This document shows positions 19,879 to 28,705 of a stretch of 64,000 bases of DNA, piece by piece. A program made the position numbers and the translations under genes. The notes beneath the pieces were generated by a model. It ran no database searches and had not been told where the DNA came from. It worked only from the letters and a program-made list of their open reading frames with translations. The number at the start of each line of letters is the position of its first letter. The stretch's first letter is position 1. Origin of the DNA: an uncultured Dehalococcoidaceae bacterium (GTDB taxonomy: Bacteria; Chloroflexota; Dehalococcoidia; Dehalococcoidales; RBG-16-60-22); contig CAZCZJ010000002.1 of NCBI GenBank assembly GCA_964503235.1, positions 144 through 64,143 on the forward strand. Direction: 5' to 3'.

Positions 19879-20328
19879 TTAGTTCTGATATGGAGGCTCA
19901 TTTATCAGCAGCCAGTAAAGCCCTATCTGACGTACCGCGTCGACGAACTCGGTGAAATCAACCGGCTTGCGGACATAGCTGTTTGCCCCGGACTTATAGC
20001 CGCTGATGAGGTCCTGCTCTTCTTTGGACGAGGTCAGAATGATAACGGGTGTAAGCTCGGTGCGTTTATCAGCGCGTATCCGCTCCAGTACCTGAAGGCC
20101 GTTTAATTTGGGCAGTTTTAAATCGAGCAGGATGATTCTCGGCGTTTCGTTGGCATCGCGCTTAGTGTACTTTCCGGTAGCAAAAAGATAATCGAGAGCT
20201 TCAGCACCGTCACGGGTGACGGTAATGTCATTGGCGATGTTGTTTTTACGCAATGCCCTCATCAGCAGCTCGACATCGTCGGGATTGTCCTCTACCAGCA
20301 GTATCGTTTCTTTACTTCTGTCCATCAC
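19879..20328 (-). CDS. Single-domain response regulator (Rcp1-like receiver)
   Basis: ILLVEDNPDDVELL...ILLDLKLPKLNG...ANSYVRKPVDF, 149 aa. Confidence 0.85.
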   Translation of the reverse strand: MMDRSKETILLVEDNPDDVELLMRALRKNNIANDITVTRDGAEALDYLFATGKYTKRDANETPRIILLDLKLPKLNGLQVLERIRADKRTELTPVIILTSSKEEQDLISGYKSGANSYVRKPVDFTEFVDAVRQIGLYWLLINEPPYQN

Positions 20329-20337
20329 AAACCTCCG

Positions 20338-23300
20338 TCAATTTAGTGTGAAGTAGAATGTGGCGCCTTTATTTACGGCTCCCTCGGCCCAGATATTTCC
20401 GCCATGCCGATTTATTATTCTCAGTACGGTAGCCAGGCCGATACCGGTACCGGGGAACTCGGATGTTTCGTGAAGACGCTGAAAAGCGCCGAAAAGCTTG
20501 TCGGCATACGTCATATCGAAACCGGCCCCGTTATCGTTAATGAAATAGGTCGTTTTATTGCCGTTCTTGGTTGTGCCGAATTCTATTCTCGTTTTCTTGC
20601 TTTTACTGGTAAACTTCCAGGCATTGCCCAGCAGGTTCTCAAATAATGCCCTCAGAAGCTCGGGGTCTCCCTGGGTAACCAGTCCTTTTCTAATCACAAA
20701 TTCTGCCTGTCGTTTTGGGTCGTTTTCATGTAATCGTGAGGTGATTTCTTCTACCAGCGTGCTCAGGTCAACTTCTTCTTGATGCATTTCGCTCCGCATC
20801 AGGCGTGATAACTTTAGTAATCCGTCGATGAGTTCACCCATTTTCTGGCTGGCACTCCGCAGGCGGTTGAGATAGTCCTTTCCGGTATCATCAAGGCTCC
20901 CCGCATAGTCTTCGAGTAATGCCTGGCTGAAGCCGTCAATGCTCCGCAGCGGCGACCGGAGGTCATGAGAAACGGAATAGCTGAAAGTTTCCAGTTCTTT
21001 ATTGGTTGCCTCCAGTTGAGCGCTGGACTGCTCCAGATTTGCTATAGCGTGCTTTAACTGTTCTTCGGCATCCTTACGCTCGGTAATTTCACGGGCGATG
21101 AGGTGCATAGCGATTATTTCGCCTTGGTCGTTGGAGATAGCCGCATGAGTTTGCTCTATCCAGATTACCTGGCCATCTTTACGTACCAGTCTTACCGTAA
21201 TAGGCTTCTGGTCTTTCTTATTATCCGATGACACATGTTTTACGAAGAACTCTCTATCCTCTGGATGAATCATTTCAAGTCCCAGATTTGGGTCGCTGTA
21301 AAACTCCTCTTGCTTGTAGCCAGTAATGCGGAGACATGACGGACTCATGTAATCTGTCTTTATATCAGGGGTCATCTGAATACGTGATATAAGATCAGTA
21401 GCATTATCCGCAATCAGGCGGAAGCGTTCTTCACTCATTCTTAACGCTTCCGCCGCCTGCTTGCGCCCGGTAATATCAGTACTGGAAACAAGAACACAAA
21501 CCTTCCCATTAAGGTTTAAATACTCATTAGAAACCAGCATGGTGCGTATTTCGCCCGACTTTATTCGGAAAGCATATTCTTCATTATTCATTTTCTCACG
21601 GTTTTCTATTTTGTGAATCATTTCATCTTTTTGCTTGGTATCAGCCCACATGTTATATTCCTCGGCGGTGTGGCAGATTAATTCTTTCCTGCTGTACCCG
21701 GTAATCCGCGTATAGCTATTATTTACTTCAATAAATGAGCCGTCATTTACCAGGGAAATGGAGATAGCCGCCGGGCTCGAATGAAAAGCTTTAGAGAATT
21801 TATCCTCGGAGTCTTTGATGGACTCTTCTGCCCGTTTCAGATCGGTGATATCGATAGTCATCGATATCATGCACGGCTCGTTGCCAATGTTCAGCAACTC
21901 GGCTGAGAACAACCAGGTACGTATTTCACCGGACTTTATCCTGAAGTTAAATTCATGATTGTGCACTTTACCATCTTTCTTAAGTATCCGCAGCATTTTG
22001 TCGCGGTCTTTGGTCTGTGCCCAGATATTGATATCCTTGACGGTATTGCCGACTACCTCTTCGCGGGTATAACCGGTAATATCGGTGAAGCTGTCATTTA
22101 CTTCAATAAATCTACCGTCTTTTATTGTGGTGATTACGATTGTATTAGGACTGGAGCGGAAGGCCTTGGAGAATTTATCCTCAGACTCCTGCAGGGCTTC
22201 CTCAGCCTGCTTACGCTCAATGGCGATGGTAGAAATCCGGGCAGACCATTCCAGGATTCTAATATCATCTGGATCAGGATTGCCTACTTTATTGCTATAG
22301 TTGGCTATGGTACCCAACAATTCGCCATTTGATGACAGGATGGGTTGAGACCAGCAAGCAAGCATGTTATTTTTTGTCGTTACATTTACCACTTCCTCAG
22401 CTGACTCGAAAAGAGGGTCGTTGGCAATATCCGGGATAACTACACGTTCTTTACGGTAGGCTGCGGTCCCACAGGAACCCATGACCGGCCCGATAGGTAT
22501 GCCACCTTCCATAAGCTGGAGGTACTCTTCGGGCAGGCTCGGACCGGAGGCTTGATTAAGCCATTGTTTTACCGGGTCATATACTAATATCGAGCCTAGG
22601 ATAGAGGGGTCGTGGTCTTCACCAAGGTGGACGATGGCATCCAGGAGTTCACCTAGCTCGGTACCCTGTCCCAGAAGAGTAAGTATATAATTTTCGTCTT
22701 GTTGTAGATGTTCTCTCTTCTGGCGTTCGGTAACATCATGAAAAATTCCGCGGGTACCTACTACCTCGCCATTTTCATACTGGGCACTTACATCACCTTC
22801 GACCTGAATCGAGTTCCCATCTTTAGATATAAATGTGGTCTCGATTCTGGGTATTTCCTCACCTGATAGTAATTGCTGGACTGTCTCTTCACAGTGCGCA
22901 AGATAATCCGGATGGATTATGTCCATAAAAGTAAGGTTTTCAATTTCACTTTCGTCGTATCCCAGAGACTCCTGCCAGGCTTTGTTTGCGTATATTAATT
23001 TGCCCTGGCGGTCGGCGCTTTGAATTAATTCACTGGCGTTATTGAACAGGTCACGGTAACGCTCTTCACTTTTTCGTAAAGCCTCCTCCACTTTTTTACG
23101 CTCGGTAATTTCAGCATTGAGTACATCTATGGAGGTCATACTCTTATCTAGATTCGTTGTCATCTGGTCGAAAGCCCGTGACAGCTGGCCGATCTCGTCC
23201 TTGGCTTTGGTGCCGACTTTATAATCCAGCCTGCCCTGGGAAATCATATCCGTGCCCTTATGTAGAGCATGCAACGGACGTACTATCGACCGGGTAGTCA

Positions 23301-23907
23301 GGTAGGCAGCGGCTATTCCGATAATTGTTATAAATCCGGCACTAACAAAAAGCCAGAGTATACCGCTGAAGTGGGCTTGTTTATAATCCTCACCAATCGC
23401 TGATAGCTGGACAATACTATCGGCTTTTTTCTCACTGATGAATTGCTCCAGGTCAAGAAGTGCCGGGAGGCTGAAATTTCGGTCAAATGCCAGTAACTCA
23501 CTGTAGCTGGTGCCTATTTCTTTTAGGTTTATAATATTCGAAAGATTGAAAGTTAAGGAGTCTATTTTTACCAGCAGTTTCTGGTTATCTGAGTATTCAA
23601 TCGGACTTATTTGTTCGGCCTGAGGCAGGTATGTCTGGCCCAGTTGTACCAGTTTATATATTTGAATTCTGGAACTTTCGTCGGCTTCCGGAAGGTCACG
23701 CAGGACATAGTCCATAGTCAGCTGGTAGGCGTCATCGGCCGTATTCTCTATTTCGTTTATTTCGAGAGTATTCGGAATTATATCGCTTTCTACAGCCAGG
23801 AAGTGTTCCTTTAAGCCTCCCATGTTATTGGCGGCATAAAAGACAATCAGCCACAGCAGGACTACCACTGCCGAAAACCCGATTATCAGTTTTGTCCTTA
23901 CTTTCAT
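20338..23907 (-). CDS. Membrane sensor histidine kinase with 2 TM segments and an extracytoplasmic domain, then HAMP, PAS, GAF, 4 more PAS, HisKA and HATPase_c
   Basis: TM1 LIIGFSAVVVLLWLIVFYAA and TM2 ILWLFVSAGFITIIGIAAAY. The HAMP segment is RPLHALHKG...DEIGQLSRAFDQM. A GAF block is present. The H-box is SHDLRSPL, with NGAGF / GTGIGL. Confidence 0.9.
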   Translation of the reverse strand: MKVRTKLIIGFSAVVVLLWLIVFYAANNMGGLKEHFLAVESDIIPNTLEINEIENTADDAYQLTMDYVLRDLPEADESSRIQIYKLVQLGQTYLPQAEQISPIEYSDNQKLLVKIDSLTFNLSNIINLKEIGTSYSELLAFDRNFSLPALLDLEQFISEKKADSIVQLSAIGEDYKQAHFSGILWLFVSAGFITIIGIAAAYLTTRSIVRPLHALHKGTDMISQGRLDYKVGTKAKDEIGQLSRAFDQMTTNLDKSMTSIDVLNAEITERKKVEEALRKSEERYRDLFNNASELIQSADRQGKLIYANKAWQESLGYDESEIENLTFMDIIHPDYLAHCEETVQQLLSGEEIPRIETTFISKDGNSIQVEGDVSAQYENGEVVGTRGIFHDVTERQKREHLQQDENYILTLLGQGTELGELLDAIVHLGEDHDPSILGSILVYDPVKQWLNQASGPSLPEEYLQLMEGGIPIGPVMGSCGTAAYRKERVVIPDIANDPLFESAEEVVNVTTKNNMLACWSQPILSSNGELLGTIANYSNKVGNPDPDDIRILEWSARISTIAIERKQAEEALQESEDKFSKAFRSSPNTIVITTIKDGRFIEVNDSFTDITGYTREEVVGNTVKDINIWAQTKDRDKMLRILKKDGKVHNHEFNFRIKSGEIRTWLFSAELLNIGNEPCMISMTIDITDLKRAEESIKDSEDKFSKAFHSSPAAISISLVNDGSFIEVNNSYTRITGYSRKELICHTAEEYNMWADTKQKDEMIHKIENREKMNNEEYAFRIKSGEIRTMLVSNEYLNLNGKVCVLVSSTDITGRKQAAEALRMSEERFRLIADNATDLISRIQMTPDIKTDYMSPSCLRITGYKQEEFYSDPNLGLEMIHPEDREFFVKHVSSDNKKDQKPITVRLVRKDGQVIWIEQTHAAISNDQGEIIAMHLIAREITERKDAEEQLKHAIANLEQSSAQLEATNKELETFSYSVSHDLRSPLRSIDGFSQALLEDYAGSLDDTGKDYLNRLRSASQKMGELIDGLLKLSRLMRSEMHQEEVDLSTLVEEITSRLHENDPKRQAEFVIRKGLVTQGDPELLRALFENLLGNAWKFTSKSKKTRIEFGTTKNGNKTTYFINDNGAGFDMTYADKLFGAFQRLHETSEFPGTGIGLATVLRIINRHGGNIWAEGAVNKGATFYFTLN

Positions 23908-24090
23908 CTATCACCTTCACAGTGAATTTGACTATTACTTTTAATATCTCAATATCACTGGGTATTCCTCGTTATCTCAACGTACCGTACCCGGTTCTCT
24001 CAAGGAGGGCAGCACCATACATTAAAGGATTTTTCTAACTTCCTTTGAACATATTATTTGGTTAACTGACAAAGTTACCCGATTATATAT

Positions 24091-24456
24091 TTACTCATAG
24101 CCATTAGTTACCTGAGTCACCAGCCCGGTGCTGCTGCACGAATATGTACCCTTGGTTGTTTGTGTACGCAGATAAGTAGGATACAGAACACTACCGGTGG
24201 GAAAAGCTGACATGTCGCTGGTGGCTGAGGTAGCCGTCACCGAGGTCTTCGCGGTCTTTGCCATCATCGTATCCATGGCTGTCTGAACGGTTACCAGCTC
24301 AGCTAGAGACGCTTCTGTTTGCCCCTCATCGGAAAGACCGGTGACATTGGGTATAACTACGGCTGCCAGGACTCCCAGAATCGCCACGACGATAAGTAGT
24401 TCTACCAGGGTAAAACCTTTGCTATCATAACTAAACCTTTTTAAAAACTTTCGCAT
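24091..24456 (-). CDS. pilA: Major type IV pilin (PilA-like)
   Basis: MRKFLKRFSYDSKG|FTLVELLIVVAILGVLAAVVIP is a canonical prepilin motif. A strong RBS, AAAGGAGGTGG, lies 5 nt upstream of the ATG at 24456. The ORF-track start at 24498 is a TTG upstream of this RBS. Confidence 0.85.
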   Translation of the reverse strand: MRKFLKRFSYDSKGFTLVELLIVVAILGVLAAVVIPNVTGLSDEGQTEASLAELVTVQTAMDTMMAKTAKTSVTATSATSDMSAFPTGSVLYPTYLRTQTTKGTYSCSSTGLVTQVTNGYE

Positions 24457-24605
24457 TTTTCCACCTCCTTTATTTACCTGTTCTCTAGGGCTTTTCAAGA
24501 TTTACCTCCTGAAGTAAATATTCTGATGTTACCGTGAGCATAATAATATCCTTCACATATACTTCCCTCCCGCTAACCTATCCGGTAATAATGTGCTAGC
24601 AGCCA

Positions 24606-24827
24606 TTAGTTCTCCGTACGGACGTTTTGGACCGGCATGTGGTATTTCGTCAGAAATTCGGAAAAATCGTCTTTAACTACCCGGTAATGACCACCGGGGA
24701 GCCTGAAAGCCGGTAGTTGTCGCGTGGTAATCCACCGTAATACGGTGGTATTGCTAACGCCACAGCACTTGGCTATGAATCCTACGGATATATACTCCGG
24801 AATCCACTGCTTTGATGTGTTCTGCAA
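24606..24827 (-). CDS. Small helix-turn-helix DNA-binding protein (excisionase/MerR-like HTH_17 type)
   Basis: ...GFIAKCCGVSNTTVLRWITTRQLPAFRLPGGHYRV..DF..F matches the excisionase-family HTH pattern. TTG start. Confidence 0.6.
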   Translation of the reverse strand: MQNTSKQWIPEYISVGFIAKCCGVSNTTVLRWITTRQLPAFRLPGGHYRVVKDDFSEFLTKYHMPVQNVRTEN

Positions 24828-25103
24828 CTAGACTCTCCTTCGTTTTCATCCGCACAAATCGTTCTTTCACTGTTCAATCGGAAATGCGAGTAAAAACGCT
24901 GTTAGCAGTGCTTGATACGTTTGTAGTTTATAGAAAATGAATCACAAATATATCACAGATTACTCAGAGACATTAACAGAATAATCACAAGAGAAGGTAA
25001 TTGAAACTGAATTATAGATAAATGATTGCGTATGATGCCTGGCTCTGATAGAGGGTACCGTTGACGCGTGGACAAGTCAGGAAGCAGAATATTACACCTG
25101 TTT

Positions 25104-25355
25104 TTAAGAGCCTCGTTGAATCGGTATGTTATGCCTGTCGGCAAAAGCATAAAAGTCATCTCTGTGTATGCGGTTCTGACCTCCCGGTAGTCTGAAAGCT
25201 ACCAGATTGCCCTTTTCAATCCATCGTAATACGGTTACCTTGCTTACCCCGCAGTGTCTGGCAACAGCACCGGTAGTAAGGAATTCGGGATAAGGCGTTT
25301 TAAGTCGCGTTTTCAATATATACCTCCGTAGATACAGCGGTAATTTATCCGTCAA
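25104..25355 (-). CDS. Small helix-turn-helix DNA-binding protein, paralog of 24606-24827
   Basis: ...GAVARHCGVSKVTVLRWIEKGNLVAFRLPGGQNRIHRDDF. I estimate about 45 percent identity to the neighbouring gene over the HTH core. TTG start. Confidence 0.6.
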   Translation of the reverse strand: MTDKLPLYLRRYILKTRLKTPYPEFLTTGAVARHCGVSKVTVLRWIEKGNLVAFRLPGGQNRIHRDDFYAFADRHNIPIQRGS

Positions 25356-25591
25356 CTCCTGGTAAACACATAAACTGCCATTAAATGCGGAAAGGATTCC
25401 TTACGTTATTCACGGGGTAAACCCGGTTAACGAATGTTCTGATGCTAATCTAGACTGCTGAACTCACACGCGCGTCACAAAGGCGCTATCCACATTTACA
25501 AAAAAATCACACTTGCCGTCGGGATGAACCAGAGAAACCGTGCGGATGCTTGTTCTGGGGGTGTTTAGTGTATATATGCTATCGTTCGGGA

Positions 25592-26236
25592 CTAGCGGTT
25601 GCGGATAAAGGGATTGCTCCTGCGTTCGGCCCCGATGGTCGACTCGCGGCCATGGCCCGGATATATTCTAAAATCGTCAGGCAGTACCATCAGCCTGGTT
25701 TGGATGCTATCAATAAGCTGTCGATGACTGCTCCCCGGCATCAGCGTCGTGCCGATACCTCGATAGAAGAGGGTGTCCCCGGTAAAAACCCTGTTCCCGG
25801 TAAGCAGGCAAATACTTCCGGGCGTATGACCCGGTGTGTGTACCACCGTAAAACGGGTGCTTCCCATCTCTATAATGTCTCCCTCATGCAGCAGCCTGTC
25901 CGGGGTTCCCGGTGTTTTATAGGAAATCCCGAACATGGAGCTAAAAGACCCCCGGCCTTCGAGGAAATCGGCATCTTCGATGTGGATGGCAACATCGGCT
26001 CCGGTCCTGGCCTGAATATCGAACAGCGCGGCAATATGGTCGGAGTGACCGTGGGTGAGTACTATTGTTTGAATAACGAATTTCGAATCGGTAATGGCTT
26101 TTAAGATAACCTCGGGATTTCCTCCGGGGTCGATGACCATGCCCTCTCGCGTGTCGGTATTTCCCACAATGTAGCAGTTAGCGGAGAGCGAGCCTACCAC
26201 CAGTCTCTTGATAATGAGATTTTCATCCATGTTCAC
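25592..26236 (-). CDS. MBL-fold metallo-hydrolase (glyoxalase II-like)
   Basis: The LTHGHSDH motif plus downstream His/Asp ligands (HTPGHTPGS, ...GD). 214 aa. Confidence 0.85.
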   Translation of the reverse strand: MNMDENLIIKRLVVGSLSANCYIVGNTDTREGMVIDPGGNPEVILKAITDSKFVIQTIVLTHGHSDHIAALFDIQARTGADVAIHIEDADFLEGRGSFSSMFGISYKTPGTPDRLLHEGDIIEMGSTRFTVVHTPGHTPGSICLLTGNRVFTGDTLFYRGIGTTLMPGSSHRQLIDSIQTRLMVLPDDFRIYPGHGRESTIGAERRSNPFIRNR

Positions 26237-26365
26237 GTTTTGATTAGAGAGATAACGGTTTTATTGCGGTTTGAGGGTGACTCATGCCGGGTATTTTCAA
26301 AATAGCAGAGTCAGGATAATTAAGCAAGTCCCTTCCAGAGATATAGAGGAGCGTAAATTCTGAAT

Positions 26366-26752
26366 CTATGCGACGGCGGGTTCTGATGATTTAAATGAGG
26401 GACGCTGGAGTAATGCCCGTATTCTGGCGTTTAGTTCCATCGGTCCGAAGGGTCTTTTTAAGAAGTAATCGGCGCCAGCGTCGATTGCCTTGGTGGACAT
26501 ATCGACACTGGTATGGCTGCTTATGACGATGAGTGGTATACCGGAGAGTCTTCTTATCTGCTCACAGAGTTGCCACTCAGCTGTTTCTCTACCCGCCTGG
26601 AGTATGATGATATCATAATCACGGTGGTCTATCTGTTTCAGATTAGCTTCGGTGTTATTTACCATATCGACCTTATAGCCTTCCCTGGTTAACAATCCGG
26701 AGCTGGTCGAACGTAAATATGAATTGGCAATTACTAATATATGCTTAGCCAT
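26366..26752 (-). CDS. Degenerate receiver domain protein (pseudo-receiver)
   Basis: The receiver fold is recognisable (IPLIVISS..., ADYFLKRPF). The acidic pocket is ANS instead of DD/DE. The phospho-acceptor position reads DIIILQAG, with Gln in place of Asp. Confidence 0.7.
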   Translation of the reverse strand: MAKHILVIANSYLRSTSSGLLTREGYKVDMVNNTEANLKQIDHRDYDIIILQAGRETAEWQLCEQIRRLSGIPLIVISSHTSVDMSTKAIDAGADYFLKRPFGPMELNARIRALLQRPSFKSSEPAVA

Positions 26753-26940
26753 GTTTACGCTATAAAATGTAATACAACCGAGTATCCTTGAACAGAAGAT
26801 AAACCTTCATTTCTTCTAGGGGTTCACTCCCAATCTAAAATATGGGTGATATCCCTGAATAAAAATGATTACCTGTATAGATGTATATAGTACCCTTGCC
26901 TATTACAATAGTACTATACCTCAGATATGAGGGAGATACT

Positions 26941-27300
26941 ATGCAGAGAAAACGTAAAATAGGCTTTATCCTTGAGGCTATTGTTGTCCTTATACTTATA
27001 GCGGTTCTTTCTTCAATAGCGGTTCCCCAGGTAGAGCAAATGATTGGTGATGAGCAGGAAGAACTACACGCTGAAGAGCTTAATGATATCCAGGGAGCTG
27101 TAGCGGAGATGTTAGCCGACAGCCTGTCAGGGACTCTTAAACCTGTTGGTCCCACCCAGGATATGACGCAGGTTGTAACTAATGACATAACACCTCTGGT
27201 CTTAACGAACTATCTTGGTAATAACGGTACTTATATCATTAAATCGGATTGTCAATACATCTTTTCTTCCGACGGTAGAGTGACCCAGGATTGTCCGTAA
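26941..27300 (+). CDS. Orphan pilin-like protein with a C-terminal disulfide-loop motif
   Basis: RBS GAGGGAG precedes the ATG at 26941. The N-terminus is MQRKRKIG|FILEAIVVLILIAVLSSIAVPQ. The C-terminal ...DCQYIFSSDGRVTQDCP has two Cys residues 15 positions apart. Confidence 0.55.
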   Translation: MQRKRKIGFILEAIVVLILIAVLSSIAVPQVEQMIGDEQEELHAEELNDIQGAVAEMLADSLSGTLKPVGPTQDMTQVVTNDITPLVLTNYLGNNGTYIIKSDCQYIFSSDGRVTQDCP

Positions 27301-27427
27301 GCAGACCAGTTCGGTCCGGCTATTTCACGGTGTATCGAATCAAACCCTTTCATCACCCGTATTTTCCTCGTCTTATGCTATAATAGGGTAATCTTACCCG
27401 AATAACCTGTTCAGGAACTGACATATC

Positions 27428-28690
27428 GTGACCGACCAAGAAATCTACCGACCTTTAAAGAAAGCCCCACGATTCAACCAAGGGTATTACGTGGTTGGAG
27501 CTTCCTTTATTATTTTGGCGGTTTCATGGGGTGTATATGTTGTCTTCGGTGTCTTTTTCAACTCGCTGATTGACGAGTTTCATTGGAGCCGTGCCGTAAC
27601 TTCGGGAGCCTATTCACTCTCTTCTATTATCGGCGGGGTGCTGGGTGTATTGATGGGAGGTCTTACCGATAGGTTCGGCCCCCGCCTCGTGGTAACATTC
27701 TCCAGTGTAATTTTCGGCATTGGGCTTGTATTAATGTCGCAGGTAAATTCACTCTGGCAGCTTTACCTGTTCTTCGGGATAATAGTAGGTATCGGTATGA
27801 GCGGTCTCTGGGTACCGATGTTGTCAACTGTTGCCCGGTGGTTTACGAAAACACGCAGCCTGATGACCGGGATAATTATCTCTGGACTGACGGTCGGGCA
27901 GATAATCGGGCCTCCGGTTGTTTCCCGTCTTATTGATAAATACCAATGGCGTGATTCTTATATTATTATTGGTATTTTCGGTATAATCATCTTGGTATTA
28001 GCGGCACAATTTATGAAGCGTAAACCGAAGGACGGTGAAAAAATAGTCACTGATGTGCATAGCAGCCAACAACAGACAGCCCCTAATATTACTGCGGATT
28101 ATTCATTGAAAGAGGCCATGAACACAGTCCAGTTCTGGCTGGCTACCATGGTCTTCTGCTGCTTCGGTTTCGTAGCCTATGGTCTTACGGTGCACATGGT
28201 CCCCCATATCACCGGGCTGGGAATACCCGAAATCTCCGCTGCCAATGTGCTTTCGGTCAGCGGGGGAGTCGGTATTATCGGCAATTTCGTCCTCGGCGGA
28301 CTGGTCGGCGATAGAATCGGCAACCGTAAAACTTTTATTATCGGGATTGTTCTGATGATAGCTGGTCTGGCATGGCTGGTCCCTGCCAAAGAGCTTTGGA
28401 TGTTTTATCTTTTTGCTGTTATATTAGGACTGGCATTCGGTGGCATGGGCACGTCCGAATCTCCCCTGACGGCCAGGCTGTTCGGATTGACCTCTCACGG
28501 TTTGATATACGGGGTAATGGCGATGGGATTTACCGCGGGTGGAGCCTTAGGCCCGGTTATCATGGGGTATATTTACGACGTTACTGATAGTTATCGGATA
28601 GCGTTTCTGGTCTCTATAGCCCTGTGTGTAATAGGGCTGATATTGATGGTTATCTTGAAACCGACCCGTAGGCTGGGTAAAGAGCTTTAG
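27428..28690 (+). CDS. MFS transporter (oxalate/formate-antiporter-like subfamily suspected)
   Basis: 420 aa with about 12 TM segments and the loop motif GGLTDRFGPR. GTG start. Confidence 0.8.
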   Translation: MTDQEIYRPLKKAPRFNQGYYVVGASFIILAVSWGVYVVFGVFFNSLIDEFHWSRAVTSGAYSLSSIIGGVLGVLMGGLTDRFGPRLVVTFSSVIFGIGLVLMSQVNSLWQLYLFFGIIVGIGMSGLWVPMLSTVARWFTKTRSLMTGIIISGLTVGQIIGPPVVSRLIDKYQWRDSYIIIGIFGIIILVLAAQFMKRKPKDGEKIVTDVHSSQQQTAPNITADYSLKEAMNTVQFWLATMVFCCFGFVAYGLTVHMVPHITGLGIPEISAANVLSVSGGVGIIGNFVLGGLVGDRIGNRKTFIIGIVLMIAGLAWLVPAKELWMFYLFAVILGLAFGGMGTSESPLTARLFGLTSHGLIYGVMAMGFTAGGALGPVIMGYIYDVTDSYRIAFLVSIALCVIGLILMVILKPTRRLGKEL

Positions 28691-28705
28691 AGTTGTCGGC
28701 GTATT

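Noticed and set aside
24457-24605. A sigma-54 (GG-N10-GC) promoter upstream of pilA, as found in many proteobacterial pilin genes
   Set aside because: I found no TGGCAC-N5-TTGC-like element with correct spacing. The TGGCTGCTAGCA at the distal end fails the spacing. No PilR-type enhancer-binding protein is encoded here.
24606-25355. Excisionase-family HTH genes as markers of a prophage or integrative element
   Set aside because: No integrase, recombinase, phage structural genes, tRNA target or flanking direct repeats are visible within the surrounding 10 kb. I therefore treat them as stand-alone regulators.
25550-26104. Long antisense ORFs opposite real genes (25550-26104 +, 16165-16617 +, 35469-36179 -, 36184-36747 -, 37834-38622 -, 43880-44509 +, 44475-45356 +, 49239-49967 +, and many shorter ones)
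   Set aside because: Each is fully embedded opposite a CDS with strong family motifs. Their translations are Arg/Ser/Pro-rich and motif-free with no RBS, which is the typical shadow-ORF pattern.
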